Shown here one piece after another: positions 20,062 to 28,925 of a stretch of 64,000 bases of DNA; within the stretch, counting starts at the first letter, position 1, and each line of letters opens with the position of its first letter. Both the position numbers and the translations under genes were made by a program. The notes below the pieces were generated by a model that was not told the DNA's origin, searched no databases, and was given only the letters and a program-made list of their open reading frames with translations. Source of the DNA: Opitutia bacterium. GTDB taxonomy: Bacteria; Verrucomicrobiota; Verrucomicrobiia; Opitutales; Opitutaceae. The stretch is from contig CANJKL010000003.1 in assembly GCA_947474935.1 (NCBI GenBank), positions 13,963 through 77,962 of the forward strand. Direction: 5' to 3'.

Positions 20062-20595
20062 ATGGCTGCACCTTCCCACGGCCTGATCGCCACCTTCAAC
20101 ACGGCTCCCGAGCTGTACCACGCCGCGGAAAAAATCCGCGACGCCGGTTACCGCCACTGGGACTGCATCACGCCCTTTCCCGTGCACGGGCTCGACAAAG
20201 CCATGGGGCTGCGGCGTTCGATTGTGCCGCGGATCTCCCTGGCCGGCGGCATCGCCGGATTTTTCACCGGAATGACGATGATCTGGTGGACGGGTGCCTA
20301 CGACTACAAGCTGATCGTCGGCGGCAAACCGCTGTTCAGCCCGATGTTCGCCTTCCCGGTGAGCTACGAGCTCACGATTTTGTTCACCGCCTTTGCGACG
20401 ATCATCGGCATGTTCATCGTGAACGGACTGCCGATGCACTATCATCCCGTGCTCAAGTATGACCAGATCCGGCGAGGGATGGACGACACCTTCTTCATCG
20501 TGATCGAGGCGCGTGACCCGCGTTTCAATTCCGCCAACACCAAGGCCCTGCTCGAAACGGCCGGCGGGACCAACATCTCGGAGCTCGAGGCCTGA
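20062..20595 (+). CDS. actD: ACIII subunit D (DUF3341-like)
   Basis: TPFPVHGLDKAMG, IVGGKPLFS, YELTILF; position between actC and actE. Confidence 0.88.
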   Translation: MAAPSHGLIATFNTAPELYHAAEKIRDAGYRHWDCITPFPVHGLDKAMGLRRSIVPRISLAGGIAGFFTGMTMIWWTGAYDYKLIVGGKPLFSPMFAFPVSYELTILFTAFATIIGMFIVNGLPMHYHPVLKYDQIRRGMDDTFFIVIEARDPRFNSANTKALLETAGGTNISELEA

Positions 20596-20598
20596 GCC

Positions 20599-21237
20599 AT
20601 GCGCAACGTCTACCTCGTCACCCTGTTCGTTTGCGTGCTGCTGGTCTCGATTCTGGGCCTGCGGGGCCGGATCTTCACCGCGCCGCCGATGGATGTTTTC
20701 CCGGAGTGGGCCTTTCCCGGCATGAAGTATCAGCCGAAGTTGCGCCCGCAGTCGCACAGCGACTTTTTCGCCGATGGCCGCGCGGACCGGATGCCGGTCG
20801 CGCGCACCGTCGCCCGCGGCATGCTCCGCGAGGACGATGGACTTTACGCGGGCAAGGATTCCTCCGGCCAGTTTGCCCGTGGATTTCCCGTGGCGATCAC
20901 GGTCGACTCCAAGCTGCTGGAACGCGGGCGTGACCGCTTTGAAATCTATTGTGCGCCTTGTCACGGGTCACTCGGCGACGGCAATGGCATCACCAAGCGC
21001 TACGGCATGGGCGCGACGCCGTCTTATCACGACGACCGGATTCGCAATCTGCCGGAAGGTGACATTTTCAATACGATCACGAACGGCAAGAACACCATGA
21101 TGCCTTACGCCGACCAGCTCGTGCCCGAGGATCGCTGGGCCGTGGTCGCCTACGTCCGGGCCCTTCAGCGGGCACAACAAGGCAAGCCCGGAGACGTCAC
21201 GGACGCCGCGGCGCGTCAGAAACTTGGCATTCAATGA
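20599..21237 (+). CDS. actE: ACIII monoheme cytochrome c subunit E
   Basis: MKYQPK, FADGRADR, single CAPCH, ITNGKNTMMPY, DRWAVVAYVRALQ. Confidence 0.88.
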   Translation: MRNVYLVTLFVCVLLVSILGLRGRIFTAPPMDVFPEWAFPGMKYQPKLRPQSHSDFFADGRADRMPVARTVARGMLREDDGLYAGKDSSGQFARGFPVAITVDSKLLERGRDRFEIYCAPCHGSLGDGNGITKRYGMGATPSYHDDRIRNLPEGDIFNTITNGKNTMMPYADQLVPEDRWAVVAYVRALQRAQQGKPGDVTDAAARQKLGIQ

Positions 21238-22514
21238 GCTCTCACGCTGCAACTGTATCCGCTGCCGGCGTCCCCGCCGAGCAATCGTCCGCCGCTCTGG
21301 CGGGCAAGGCGCTCACCATTGGCTTCGTGGGTCTCGCCCTGACCGCGGTCGGGCTCTTCGTTTCCGGAGCTTCGGCGGTCGCTTTGTCCTACCTCGTGGG
21401 ACTCACCTATTGGACGGCGATCGCGATCGGCATGCTTCTGCTGATCTTCATCCACCACATCTTTGATGCCTCGTGGTCCGTGGTGATCCGCCGCCAGTGG
21501 GAACACGGCCTCGCCGCCTTCAAGTGGCTCGGGATCCTGTTCCTCCCGCTGATTCTCGCCTCACTGTTTTACCAGCGCGATCTCATCTGGCCTTGGATGA
21601 ATCCGGGCCACGAAATCCACGGTGGGCATACGGTCGGACAGGATCCCCTCTATTTGAAGAAGGAGGGATTTCTGAACCTTAACGCCTTCGTCATCAGCAC
21701 GGCGGCCTTTTTCCTCCTGTGGATGTGGTTGTCGGCGCGCCTGCGGAAAGCCTCGTTTTCCCAAGACAGTGACGGCGAATTGAAGTGGACGACGATGAAC
21801 CGCAAGACCGCCGCGTTCGGCATTCCGATTGCAGCGCTCACGCTGACGGCGGCGGCAATCTTCTGGGTCAAGAGTCTCGAATACCACTGGTTCTCCACCA
21901 TGTACGGGGTGTGGTTTTTCGCCAACTGCGTCCGCGGGGCGTTGGGTTGTGGCGTCTTGATCATGGTCTGGCTTTGGGGCCGTGGTGACTACAAGGGCAT
22001 ACTCAACAAGAATCACTTTCACAGCATCGGGATGCTGATGCTCGCCTTCACCGTGTTCTGGGCCTACGTGACCTTCTCGCAGTATTTCCTGATCTGGAAT
22101 GCGAACGTTCCCGAGGAAACTTTTTGGTACAACCTCCGCGAAGTGAATCACGACGGTTCGCCCAACCAGTGGAAATGGGTCGGCATCTACGGCATCCTTT
22201 TCGGTCATTTCTTCATCCCGTTCTTTGCCCTGCTCTCCTACCGGTACAAGGTAACGCCGCACATCATCCGCCGGATCGCACTCTGGATTCTGTCGATCAT
22301 CCTGCTCGACATGTGCTACAACATCCTGCCGTCGCTGAAGGATGCGCACGGTGACTCCCTGCCTTTCCTTTCGATCAATTTGCTCTGGGTGGCGACCTCG
22401 GTGGTCGGAGTGGGGGGCGTTTGCGTTTGGGCCTACCTCCGCAGCTTCCCGACGGCGAAACTCATTCCGATCCGTGACCCGCGCATCGGCGAAAGCCTCA
22501 CGCACCATGAGTGA
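21234..22514 (+). CDS. actF: ACIII membrane subunit F
   Basis: About 10 TM segments; SLEYHWFSTMYG, FWAYVTFSQYFLIWNANVPEE; IPIRDPR C-terminus. Confidence 0.88.
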   Translation: MSSHAATVSAAGVPAEQSSAALAGKALTIGFVGLALTAVGLFVSGASAVALSYLVGLTYWTAIAIGMLLLIFIHHIFDASWSVVIRRQWEHGLAAFKWLGILFLPLILASLFYQRDLIWPWMNPGHEIHGGHTVGQDPLYLKKEGFLNLNAFVISTAAFFLLWMWLSARLRKASFSQDSDGELKWTTMNRKTAAFGIPIAALTLTAAAIFWVKSLEYHWFSTMYGVWFFANCVRGALGCGVLIMVWLWGRGDYKGILNKNHFHSIGMLMLAFTVFWAYVTFSQYFLIWNANVPEETFWYNLREVNHDGSPNQWKWVGIYGILFGHFFIPFFALLSYRYKVTPHIIRRIALWILSIILLDMCYNILPSLKDAHGDSLPFLSINLLWVATSVVGVGGVCVWAYLRSFPTAKLIPIRDPRIGESLTHHE

Positions 22515-22836
22515 TCCGACCGCCAGTTCGCCTCGCCCGGTTTCGTTGCTCACGACCCTCTTCGTCCTCGCGCTCTTCGCCGCGTTCTTCTTCGTCGTGC
22601 GCCACTATTATCAGCCGGCCGGCACGGCGGCTTTTGTCGCGACTCCCGAGAACCTGACGAAGGAACTCGAATGGAAGGCCTCGCGGGCTTCGCGCCAGAA
22701 AACGCTTCAGGAGGCGCGCCAAACCGAGGCGGATCGCGCCCGTGCTTATGGCTGGGTCGACCAAAAATCCGGCATCGTGCAACTGCCGATCGAGCGGGCG
22801 ATGGAACTGACCGCGCAACAACACGGCAAAAAATAG
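22507..22836 (+). CDS. ActG-like small single-TM subunit
   Basis: ATG at 22507 overlaps the end of actF; one TM then YGWVDQKSGIVQLPIERAMEL, which resembles the ActG C-terminal motif. Confidence 0.65.
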   Translation: MSDPTASSPRPVSLLTTLFVLALFAAFFFVVRHYYQPAGTAAFVATPENLTKELEWKASRASRQKTLQEARQTEADRARAYGWVDQKSGIVQLPIERAMELTAQQHGKK

Positions 22837-22864
22837 CGATAACGCGCCTCCAATTTATTCCGAG

Positions 22865-24289
22865 ATGATCAACGCTCCGACCAATGGCGCTTCGGCCGAA
22901 GTTACCGCCGTCGACACCACCACCCGCTGGCCCCTGCTCTTTTTGATCGGGTCCGGCATCGTCTGGCTTCTCGTCAGCGGTGTGCTCGCGCTCATCACTT
23001 CGATCCAATTGCATTCGCCCCAATTCATGGCGGACTGTTCCTGGCTGACCCACGGCCGCGCCGTGGCGGAGCGTGAAACGGCCTTCGTTTACGGCTGGGC
23101 GGCGAACGCCGGGATCGCGATCGCGCTTTGGGTGCTAGCCCGGCTGGGCGGATCGCCGCTGCGAGGGACGAACTGGCTCTTCATCGGGACGCTGTTTTGG
23201 AATCTGGGTGTGGCGATTGGCCTCGTCGGCATCGCGACCGGAGACATGACGACCTTTGCGTTCCTGCAGCTACCCGCCTACGTGCAGCCGTTGATGCTTT
23301 TTTCCTACGGTGCGATGGCTGTGGCCGGCGTGCTCGCCTGGTCGGGCCGCCGGGCGGATGGCACTTATGCCGCTCAATGGTATGCGGTGGCGGCGCTGTT
23401 CCTCTTTCCGTGGCTCTTCTCCGCGGCTCAGGTCGTTCTTCTGTGGGCGCCGGTTCGCGGAACGGTGCAGGCCGTAGCCGCCGGCTGGTTTGCGCAAGGG
23501 GCTTGGACGCTCTGGCTCGCCCCGCTCGCGCTGGCGGGTGCCTACTATGTTGTGCCCAAGGTCAGTGGGCGCGCGCTTCGCAGTTACGACTTCGCCTCTC
23601 TGGGATTTTGGACGCTGATTACGGTTGGCGCCTGGTCGGGTGGACGGCACCTGATCGGTGGACCGGTGCCCGCTTGGGTCGCCACCATGGCGGTGGCGAG
23701 TTGCTCGCTCCTCGTTGGGCACTACTTGATTGTATTTCTCAATTTGCGTGGCGCCGTTGGGGCTGGTGGCACGGCGCTCAACTTCATCACGTTCGGATTG
23801 GTCGCTTACACCTTGGGCGGCCTGCTCGACTCGATCACCGCATTCCGTGAAATCGCGCTGCAAACCCAGTTTACGCTGGTCTCCAGCGCCCAGCAGGAAC
23901 TCGCGCTCCACGGCGCCCTGTCGATGATGCTGTTCGGCACGATCTACTACATGGTGCCCCGTCTCACCGACCGGCCATGGGCCTCGGCCGGATTTATCGG
24001 GGCACACCGTTGGCTCGCCACCGGCGGCGTGGTTCTGCTCGTCCTCGCGCTGGCGATTGGCGGCTGGACGCAGGGGGCCGACCTGCTGGCGCCCAAGACG
24101 TCCTTCGCCGCCATTCATGGCCATTTGAAACTTCCCCTGCTCGCGGTCACGGCCGCCTATGGCTTGCTGCTGGCGGGCAACATCCTGTTGTTGGTTAATT
24201 TCCTCCGGAGCGCGTGCGTCTGTGGCTCGACCACGGCAACGGTCACGCCCTTCCGCCAGCCCTTGAACATGGAAGCGACTGCGCCATGA
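22865..24289 (+). CDS. Degenerate cbb3-oxidase subunit I-like (CcoN-like) membrane protein lacking most heme/CuB ligands
   Basis: Aligns by eye along CcoN landmarks (WLTHGR, YAAQWY, YYVVPK, SY..A.LGFW, YYMVPR), but the ligand positions read R, Q, R-H, Q-x-E. Confidence 0.8.
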   Translation: MINAPTNGASAEVTAVDTTTRWPLLFLIGSGIVWLLVSGVLALITSIQLHSPQFMADCSWLTHGRAVAERETAFVYGWAANAGIAIALWVLARLGGSPLRGTNWLFIGTLFWNLGVAIGLVGIATGDMTTFAFLQLPAYVQPLMLFSYGAMAVAGVLAWSGRRADGTYAAQWYAVAALFLFPWLFSAAQVVLLWAPVRGTVQAVAAGWFAQGAWTLWLAPLALAGAYYVVPKVSGRALRSYDFASLGFWTLITVGAWSGGRHLIGGPVPAWVATMAVASCSLLVGHYLIVFLNLRGAVGAGGTALNFITFGLVAYTLGGLLDSITAFREIALQTQFTLVSSAQQELALHGALSMMLFGTIYYMVPRLTDRPWASAGFIGAHRWLATGGVVLLVLALAIGGWTQGADLLAPKTSFAAIHGHLKLPLLAVTAAYGLLLAGNILLLVNFLRSACVCGSTTATVTPFRQPLNMEATAP

Positions 24290-24972
24290 AAAACGGACCG
24301 CTTTTTCTGATCGGCCTCTTTATCGCGCTCGTGCTTTCATGGGCGGGCTTGGTGCTGGGCTCCCATGTCCAGTTCGGCGCCTTGACGCCTTATTATGATG
24401 ACACCGAGGGCGCGTCGTTTCCCTCGCGTTCGTCAGGCATCGCCGCCCGCGGCCAGTTTGTTTACGCTGATCTGGGGTGCGCCGCCTGCCATACCCAGCA
24501 GGTGCGCCGGCCCGATTTTGGCAGCGATCAGGCCCGGGGTTGGGGCGAACGCCAAAGTGTCGCCCGTGACTACATCTTCCAATCCCGGCCGCAACTGGGG
24601 GCATCGCGCCTCGGGCCGGATCTGACCAATCTCGCCGGTCGCAAGCCCTCCGCGCCCGATGCCGAGGATCTGATGAAGCTGCTTTACGCCGGTTCCGGAC
24701 TCCACCCGGCCTACAAATTCCTGTTCGATGAACGTGAAATCGTCGGGCAGCGGTCCGACAAAGCACTGACTCTTTCCGGTAAACTTGCCCCGCCGGCCGG
24801 CCGGGAAATTGTCGCCACGGAGCGCGCCCAGAGTCTCGTCGCCTATTTGCTGAGTTTGAACAACGGCTACGACTATCCAGAATCCCGTCCGCTGCCGAAA
24901 CCCGCCGCTGGCGGCCATGGTGGTACGACGGAAAAGCATGGTGAAACGAAGATGCCGGAGGGAAAGAAATGA
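24286..24972 (+). CDS. CcoO/FixO-like monoheme cytochrome c (variant)
   Basis: N-terminal TM, GQFVYADLGCAACHTQQVR, LGASRLGPDL (cf. CcoO GSKRTGPDL), then HPAY where CcoO has MPxY; ATGA-coupled to the CcoN-like gene. Confidence 0.82.
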   Translation: MKNGPLFLIGLFIALVLSWAGLVLGSHVQFGALTPYYDDTEGASFPSRSSGIAARGQFVYADLGCAACHTQQVRRPDFGSDQARGWGERQSVARDYIFQSRPQLGASRLGPDLTNLAGRKPSAPDAEDLMKLLYAGSGLHPAYKFLFDEREIVGQRSDKALTLSGKLAPPAGREIVATERAQSLVAYLLSLNNGYDYPESRPLPKPAAGGHGGTTEKHGETKMPEGKK

Positions 24973-25637
24973 GTACGCCCCCGAATTCCGATCCTCGGCT
25001 CGATCAAGCGGCTGTCACCGACGACAGTCTGCTTGCGGCGCACGAAAAACTCGCTGGCAAGCAGCCCGATGAGCAGGGGCGCTACCGTTTGATGCCGCTG
25101 AGCCTGCTGTTCATTTTTAGCGGGCTCATTTTTTTCGCCGGCACGTACCTCGGGCATTACTCGGGCGATTTTGATGCGCATGTCTTCGACGAGCATGGCC
25201 ACGCCAGCAAGGGCGGCGCGGCCGCCGCTCCCGCCGCCAATCCGATCGAGGTTGGGAAAAAGGCGTTCAACAACGCTTCCTGTAACACCTGTCACCAATC
25301 GACCGGATTGGGCGCACCGGGAGCGATTCCTCCCCTTGTGGCCTCGGAATGGGTCACGGGTTCGGAAGAACGCCTGATTCGCATCGTGCTTTATGGGTTG
25401 CAGGGCCCCATCAAGGTCAACGGAACCGATTATAACTCGGCCATGCCGGCCTTCGGCAAGGTGGCCGGTTCAGGCTTTAATTGGACGGACGATCGGATCG
25501 CCGCGACCCTGACCTATATTCGGCAGGAATGGGGCAACCAGGCTGGACCGGTCACCCCACAAAAAGTCACCGAGATCCGCACCAAGGAAGGCGACCGCAA
25601 GGCCTTCACCGCCGAAGAGCTCCTCAAGCTTCCCTGA
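24969..25637 (+). CDS. Membrane-anchored class I monoheme cytochrome c
   Basis: TM segment, CNTCH, PPLVASEWV, LYGLQGPI, SAMPAF (Met ligand); ATGA-coupled. Confidence 0.87.
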   Translation: MSTPPNSDPRLDQAAVTDDSLLAAHEKLAGKQPDEQGRYRLMPLSLLFIFSGLIFFAGTYLGHYSGDFDAHVFDEHGHASKGGAAAAPAANPIEVGKKAFNNASCNTCHQSTGLGAPGAIPPLVASEWVTGSEERLIRIVLYGLQGPIKVNGTDYNSAMPAFGKVAGSGFNWTDDRIAATLTYIRQEWGNQAGPVTPQKVTEIRTKEGDRKAFTAEELLKLP

Positions 25638-25663
25638 TCGCCCGCCCTCCGGGGTTCATTTCC

Positions 25664-25692
25664 AGCCGCGATCTACGGATCGCGGCTTTTTT
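25664..25692 (+). terminator. Intrinsic terminator ending the ACIII operon
   Basis: AGCCGCGATC-TACG-GATCGCGGCT followed by TTTTT. Confidence 0.8.
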
Positions 25693-25727
25693 GTTCCGCC
25701 TCGGTCTGCCGGCCGGCGCCGCGGGCT

Positions 25728-26774
25728 TCATTCGCCGAGTTTTTTTCCAGGCACCATATAATTTTGCACGTAGTCACGCACGGCGTCGGCCAGTGGGGTC
25801 ATCGGGCGTCGGTAGCCGGTGCTCCGGAGCTTTGCGATATCGGCGCGGGTGAAATACTGGTATTTGCCGCGCAGCACCTCGGGCATGTCGATGAAATCGA
25901 CGAGGGGATCGCGACCAAGCGCGGCGAAGATCGCGCGAGTGAGAGTCAGCCACGTGTTGGCTTCGCCACTGCCGAGGTTGAAGAGGCCACCGGCCTCCAC
26001 GCCCTGCGGATGCTCGGCGAAATGCAGGGTCATTTCGATCGCGTCCTTCACGTAGAGAAAGTCGCGCATCTGTTCGCCGTCCTTGAACTCGGGCTTGTGG
26101 CTCTTAAACAGCTGCACGCGGCCGGTCGTGAGGATTTGCTGGTAGGCCTTGTTCACGAGCGAGCGCATGTCGCCCTTGTGATCCTCGTTCGGGCCAAAGA
26201 CGTTGAAGTATTTCACGCCGACGATCCGCGACAGCCAGCCCTCGCGCTGGGCGAGGACATCGAAGTCCTGTTTTGACTGGCCGTAGAGATTGAGCGGATG
26301 CAGGCGGGCGAGGTTGTCGTCGCGGTCGTCCATGCCGGCCGTGCCGTCGCCGTAGGTCGCGGCCGAGGAGGCGTAGATGTAGCGGGCGCCCTGTGCGAGC
26401 GACCACGCCGCAAGCTGGCGGGTATACTCGACGTTGATGTCCTCAAGGAATTGCCGGTTCGACTCGGTGGTCGACGAACAGGCGCCCAGATGGAAGACCG
26501 CGGAAAATTTCCCGAAGGCCGCCGGACTCGCTTGGATCTTCGCGCGAAAAATATCCGCTTCGACAAACTCGCCGAATTGCAGTGGCTGCAGGTTCTTCCT
26601 TTTCTGTTCGGCACTCGAGCCCAGCGGGACGGTGCCACGCCAGCGTTTCGTGGGCTCCAGAAAATCGGTGACCGCGATATCGCTAAAGCCGCGCCGGTTG
26701 AGCGCCCAGATCAGCGCGCTACCGATGAAACCGGCGCCGCCCGTGACGAGGATGCGTCCGTTGAGGAAACTCAT
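25728..26774 (-). CDS. hldD: ADP-L-glycero-D-manno-heptose 6-epimerase
   Basis: ILVTGGAGFIGS, FHLGACSSTTE, YASSAATYG, PLNLYGQSK, KYFNVFGPNEDHKGDMRS, GKYQYFTRAD. Confidence 0.9.
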   Translation of the reverse strand: MSFLNGRILVTGGAGFIGSALIWALNRRGFSDIAVTDFLEPTKRWRGTVPLGSSAEQKRKNLQPLQFGEFVEADIFRAKIQASPAAFGKFSAVFHLGACSSTTESNRQFLEDINVEYTRQLAAWSLAQGARYIYASSAATYGDGTAGMDDRDDNLARLHPLNLYGQSKQDFDVLAQREGWLSRIVGVKYFNVFGPNEDHKGDMRSLVNKAYQQILTTGRVQLFKSHKPEFKDGEQMRDFLYVKDAIEMTLHFAEHPQGVEAGGLFNLGSGEANTWLTLTRAIFAALGRDPLVDFIDMPEVLRGKYQYFTRADIAKLRSTGYRRPMTPLADAVRDYVQNYMVPGKKLGE

Positions 26775-26849
26775 ATCGGAATTTAATCGCGGAAGCGCGG
26801 AAGGGCGGAAGCACGAAATCAGATTTTCAGCGGTTCCGCCCTTCCGCGA

Positions 26850-27656
26850 TCAACCGTCTTTTGAGAGCTCCTGCGAGCGCGCGGTCGCGGCCAGGACCGA
26901 CTCCTTGATGAGGCCGCGAAAATCGCGCGCCTGCATCCGCTGCAGCCCGGCGAACGTGGTGCCGTTGGGCGAGGTGACCTGATCGCGCAGGAATTCGGGT
27001 TCGGTGCCGGTGCGAGCCATGAGGCGGGCGGAGCCGAGCACGGTTTCCATCGCGAGCTTCCAGGCGATGTCGCGGGGCAGTCCGGCGGCAACACCGGCGT
27101 CGCGCAGCGCTGCGGTGAATTCGAACACGTAGGCCGGGCCGCTGCCGCTCAGGCCCGTGACGGCGTCCAGCTGCGGCTCGGCGATTTCGACCACTTGGCC
27201 GAGCGCACCGAGAATGGCGTCGACGATCGTGCGATCGGCGGGCGTCAGCAGGCGGGAGGCGGACCAGGCGGTGATGCCGGCGCCAATCTGCCCGGGCGTG
27301 TTTGGCATCGCCCGGACAATCGCGCGCGCGTTGGGAAAGGCCTCCGTGAGGCGGGCGAGGCGTTTGCCGGCGAGGATGGAAAGTACCAGTTTCCCATCAG
27401 TAAGGGCGGCAACACTTGGGTCGAGGGTCGCGAGTTGCTGGGGTTTGCAGGCCAGCACGATGGTATCGGCAGGACTTAACAGGGAGGCGAGGTCGGCCGC
27501 CACGCTGATGCCGGTGCGCGCGGCGAGGATGCGGGCCGTGTCGTCGCCGCCGTCGGTGCAGGCGAGATCGAGGGGGGCGCGGACGTTTTGGGCGAGAAGG
27601 CCGTCGACAATGGCCGAGGCCATGCGGCCGGCGCCGAGGAATGCAATCTTGGACAT
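26850..27656 (-). CDS. proC: Pyrroline-5-carboxylate reductase
   Basis: FLGAGRMA, LACKPQ, RAMPNTP, TGLSGSGPAY, VTSPNGTT. Confidence 0.95.
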   Translation of the reverse strand: MSKIAFLGAGRMASAIVDGLLAQNVRAPLDLACTDGGDDTARILAARTGISVAADLASLLSPADTIVLACKPQQLATLDPSVAALTDGKLVLSILAGKRLARLTEAFPNARAIVRAMPNTPGQIGAGITAWSASRLLTPADRTIVDAILGALGQVVEIAEPQLDAVTGLSGSGPAYVFEFTAALRDAGVAAGLPRDIAWKLAMETVLGSARLMARTGTEPEFLRDQVTSPNGTTFAGLQRMQARDFRGLIKESVLAATARSQELSKDG

Positions 27657-27701
27657 GGAAGGTCGTAAGGGTGGATCGGGAGACGATGGATCGACGGCAG
27701 G

Positions 27702-28829
27702 TTACTCCTCGATGTGCCGCTTTTTCTTTTCCACCGGATGCATCAACAGCGCCGTGGCCCCTCCGCCCGGCGTATCCGTCATCGTGACCTCGCCCCCGAG
27801 GTTGCGCAAAGCATGGCGGGCGACGGTGAGCCCCATTCCCACTCCCACGGTGTTCTTTGTGCTGACAAAGGGCTCGAACATCTTGTCGCGGACGTCGCTT
27901 TGGATGCCCTGGCCGTGATCCGTCACCCGGATCTCCACAAACTGGCCTTCCTCCGGCTTGACGACAGTGCGGGTGTGAATGGAGATCGGGTGGGGATCGG
28001 CGGGCTTGTTGTCGTAGGACTCCCAGGCGTTGATCAAAACTTTCGCGAGCACCTCCTCGAAAATTTCGTAATTGGTGTCGATCACCAGATCGCCAAGCGG
28101 ATTGTCGATCGTGACCGGCGCGGTGAGGCGGTAGTCGTCGTGGAACCGGGCGATGCCGCCTTCGATAAGTTTTTGCACGTTGGCCTTGATCAACGGCGGA
28201 CGCGACTTCACGACCAGCGTGCTGAGCTGCTTGATGATGGTCACGATCCGCAGCACGGCGTTCTCGACGTGCTGCGCGTTCTTTTTCACCTGCTCGGGCT
28301 TGTCGTAGTAGGCTTTGATCAGGTCGAGATACCCGATCACGACGCCGAGGAGGTTGTTGAGATTGTGCGCGATGCCCTGGGTGACGGCGCCGATGGTGGC
28401 GGCCTTGCGCGATTCCTCGAGGCGGCGGGTCAGATCGACGAGTTGGCGGTTGATGGCAACGAAGCGGAGCTGTGTCTGGACGCGGGCGAGCGTCTCGTCG
28501 AGATCGATGGGCTTCGTGATGTAGTCGACGGCACCGACGCCCAGCCCCTCGAGCTTACTTTCCTTCGTGGTCCGCGCGGTGATGAAGATGACAGGGATGC
28601 CGCGGGTGTCCTCGTTGGCCTGGAGTCGCTGACAGACTTCAATGCCGTCCATATCAGGCATCATCACGTCGAGGAGGATCAGGTCGGGCTGGCTCTTTTT
28701 GACCGCGTCCAGTGCCTCCAGACCATTGTAGGCGGCGGTGACCCGGATGCCCTCGCGCTCCAATTTACGCTTCAAGAGCTGGACGTTGATGGGTTGGTCA
28801 TCGACGACCAGAATGGAGGGAGCGGCCAT
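27702..28829 (-). CDS. Hybrid REC-histidine kinase
   Basis: ILVVDD, LLDVMMP, YITKP; H-box IAHNLNN; G boxes DHGQGI, FVSTK, GVGMGL. Confidence 0.88.
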   Translation of the reverse strand: MAAPSILVVDDQPINVQLLKRKLEREGIRVTAAYNGLEALDAVKKSQPDLILLDVMMPDMDGIEVCQRLQANEDTRGIPVIFITARTTKESKLEGLGVGAVDYITKPIDLDETLARVQTQLRFVAINRQLVDLTRRLEESRKAATIGAVTQGIAHNLNNLLGVVIGYLDLIKAYYDKPEQVKKNAQHVENAVLRIVTIIKQLSTLVVKSRPPLIKANVQKLIEGGIARFHDDYRLTAPVTIDNPLGDLVIDTNYEIFEEVLAKVLINAWESYDNKPADPHPISIHTRTVVKPEEGQFVEIRVTDHGQGIQSDVRDKMFEPFVSTKNTVGVGMGLTVARHALRNLGGEVTMTDTPGGGATALLMHPVEKKKRHIEE

Positions 28830-28925
28830 TGCCTTGCGAAGAAAGCGGCTGGTGGTGGCGGGCGCAAGTATTGGTGGTGCGGACCGCGCTTGGGGCCGAA
28901 ATCCGTTACCCGCCGGGCAGCCGCT

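Noticed and set aside
22865-25637. Calling this a functional cbb3 oxidase (ccoNOP)
   Set aside because: Five of six His ligands and the catalytic Tyr are absent, and the third gene is a monoheme cytochrome, not a CcoP.
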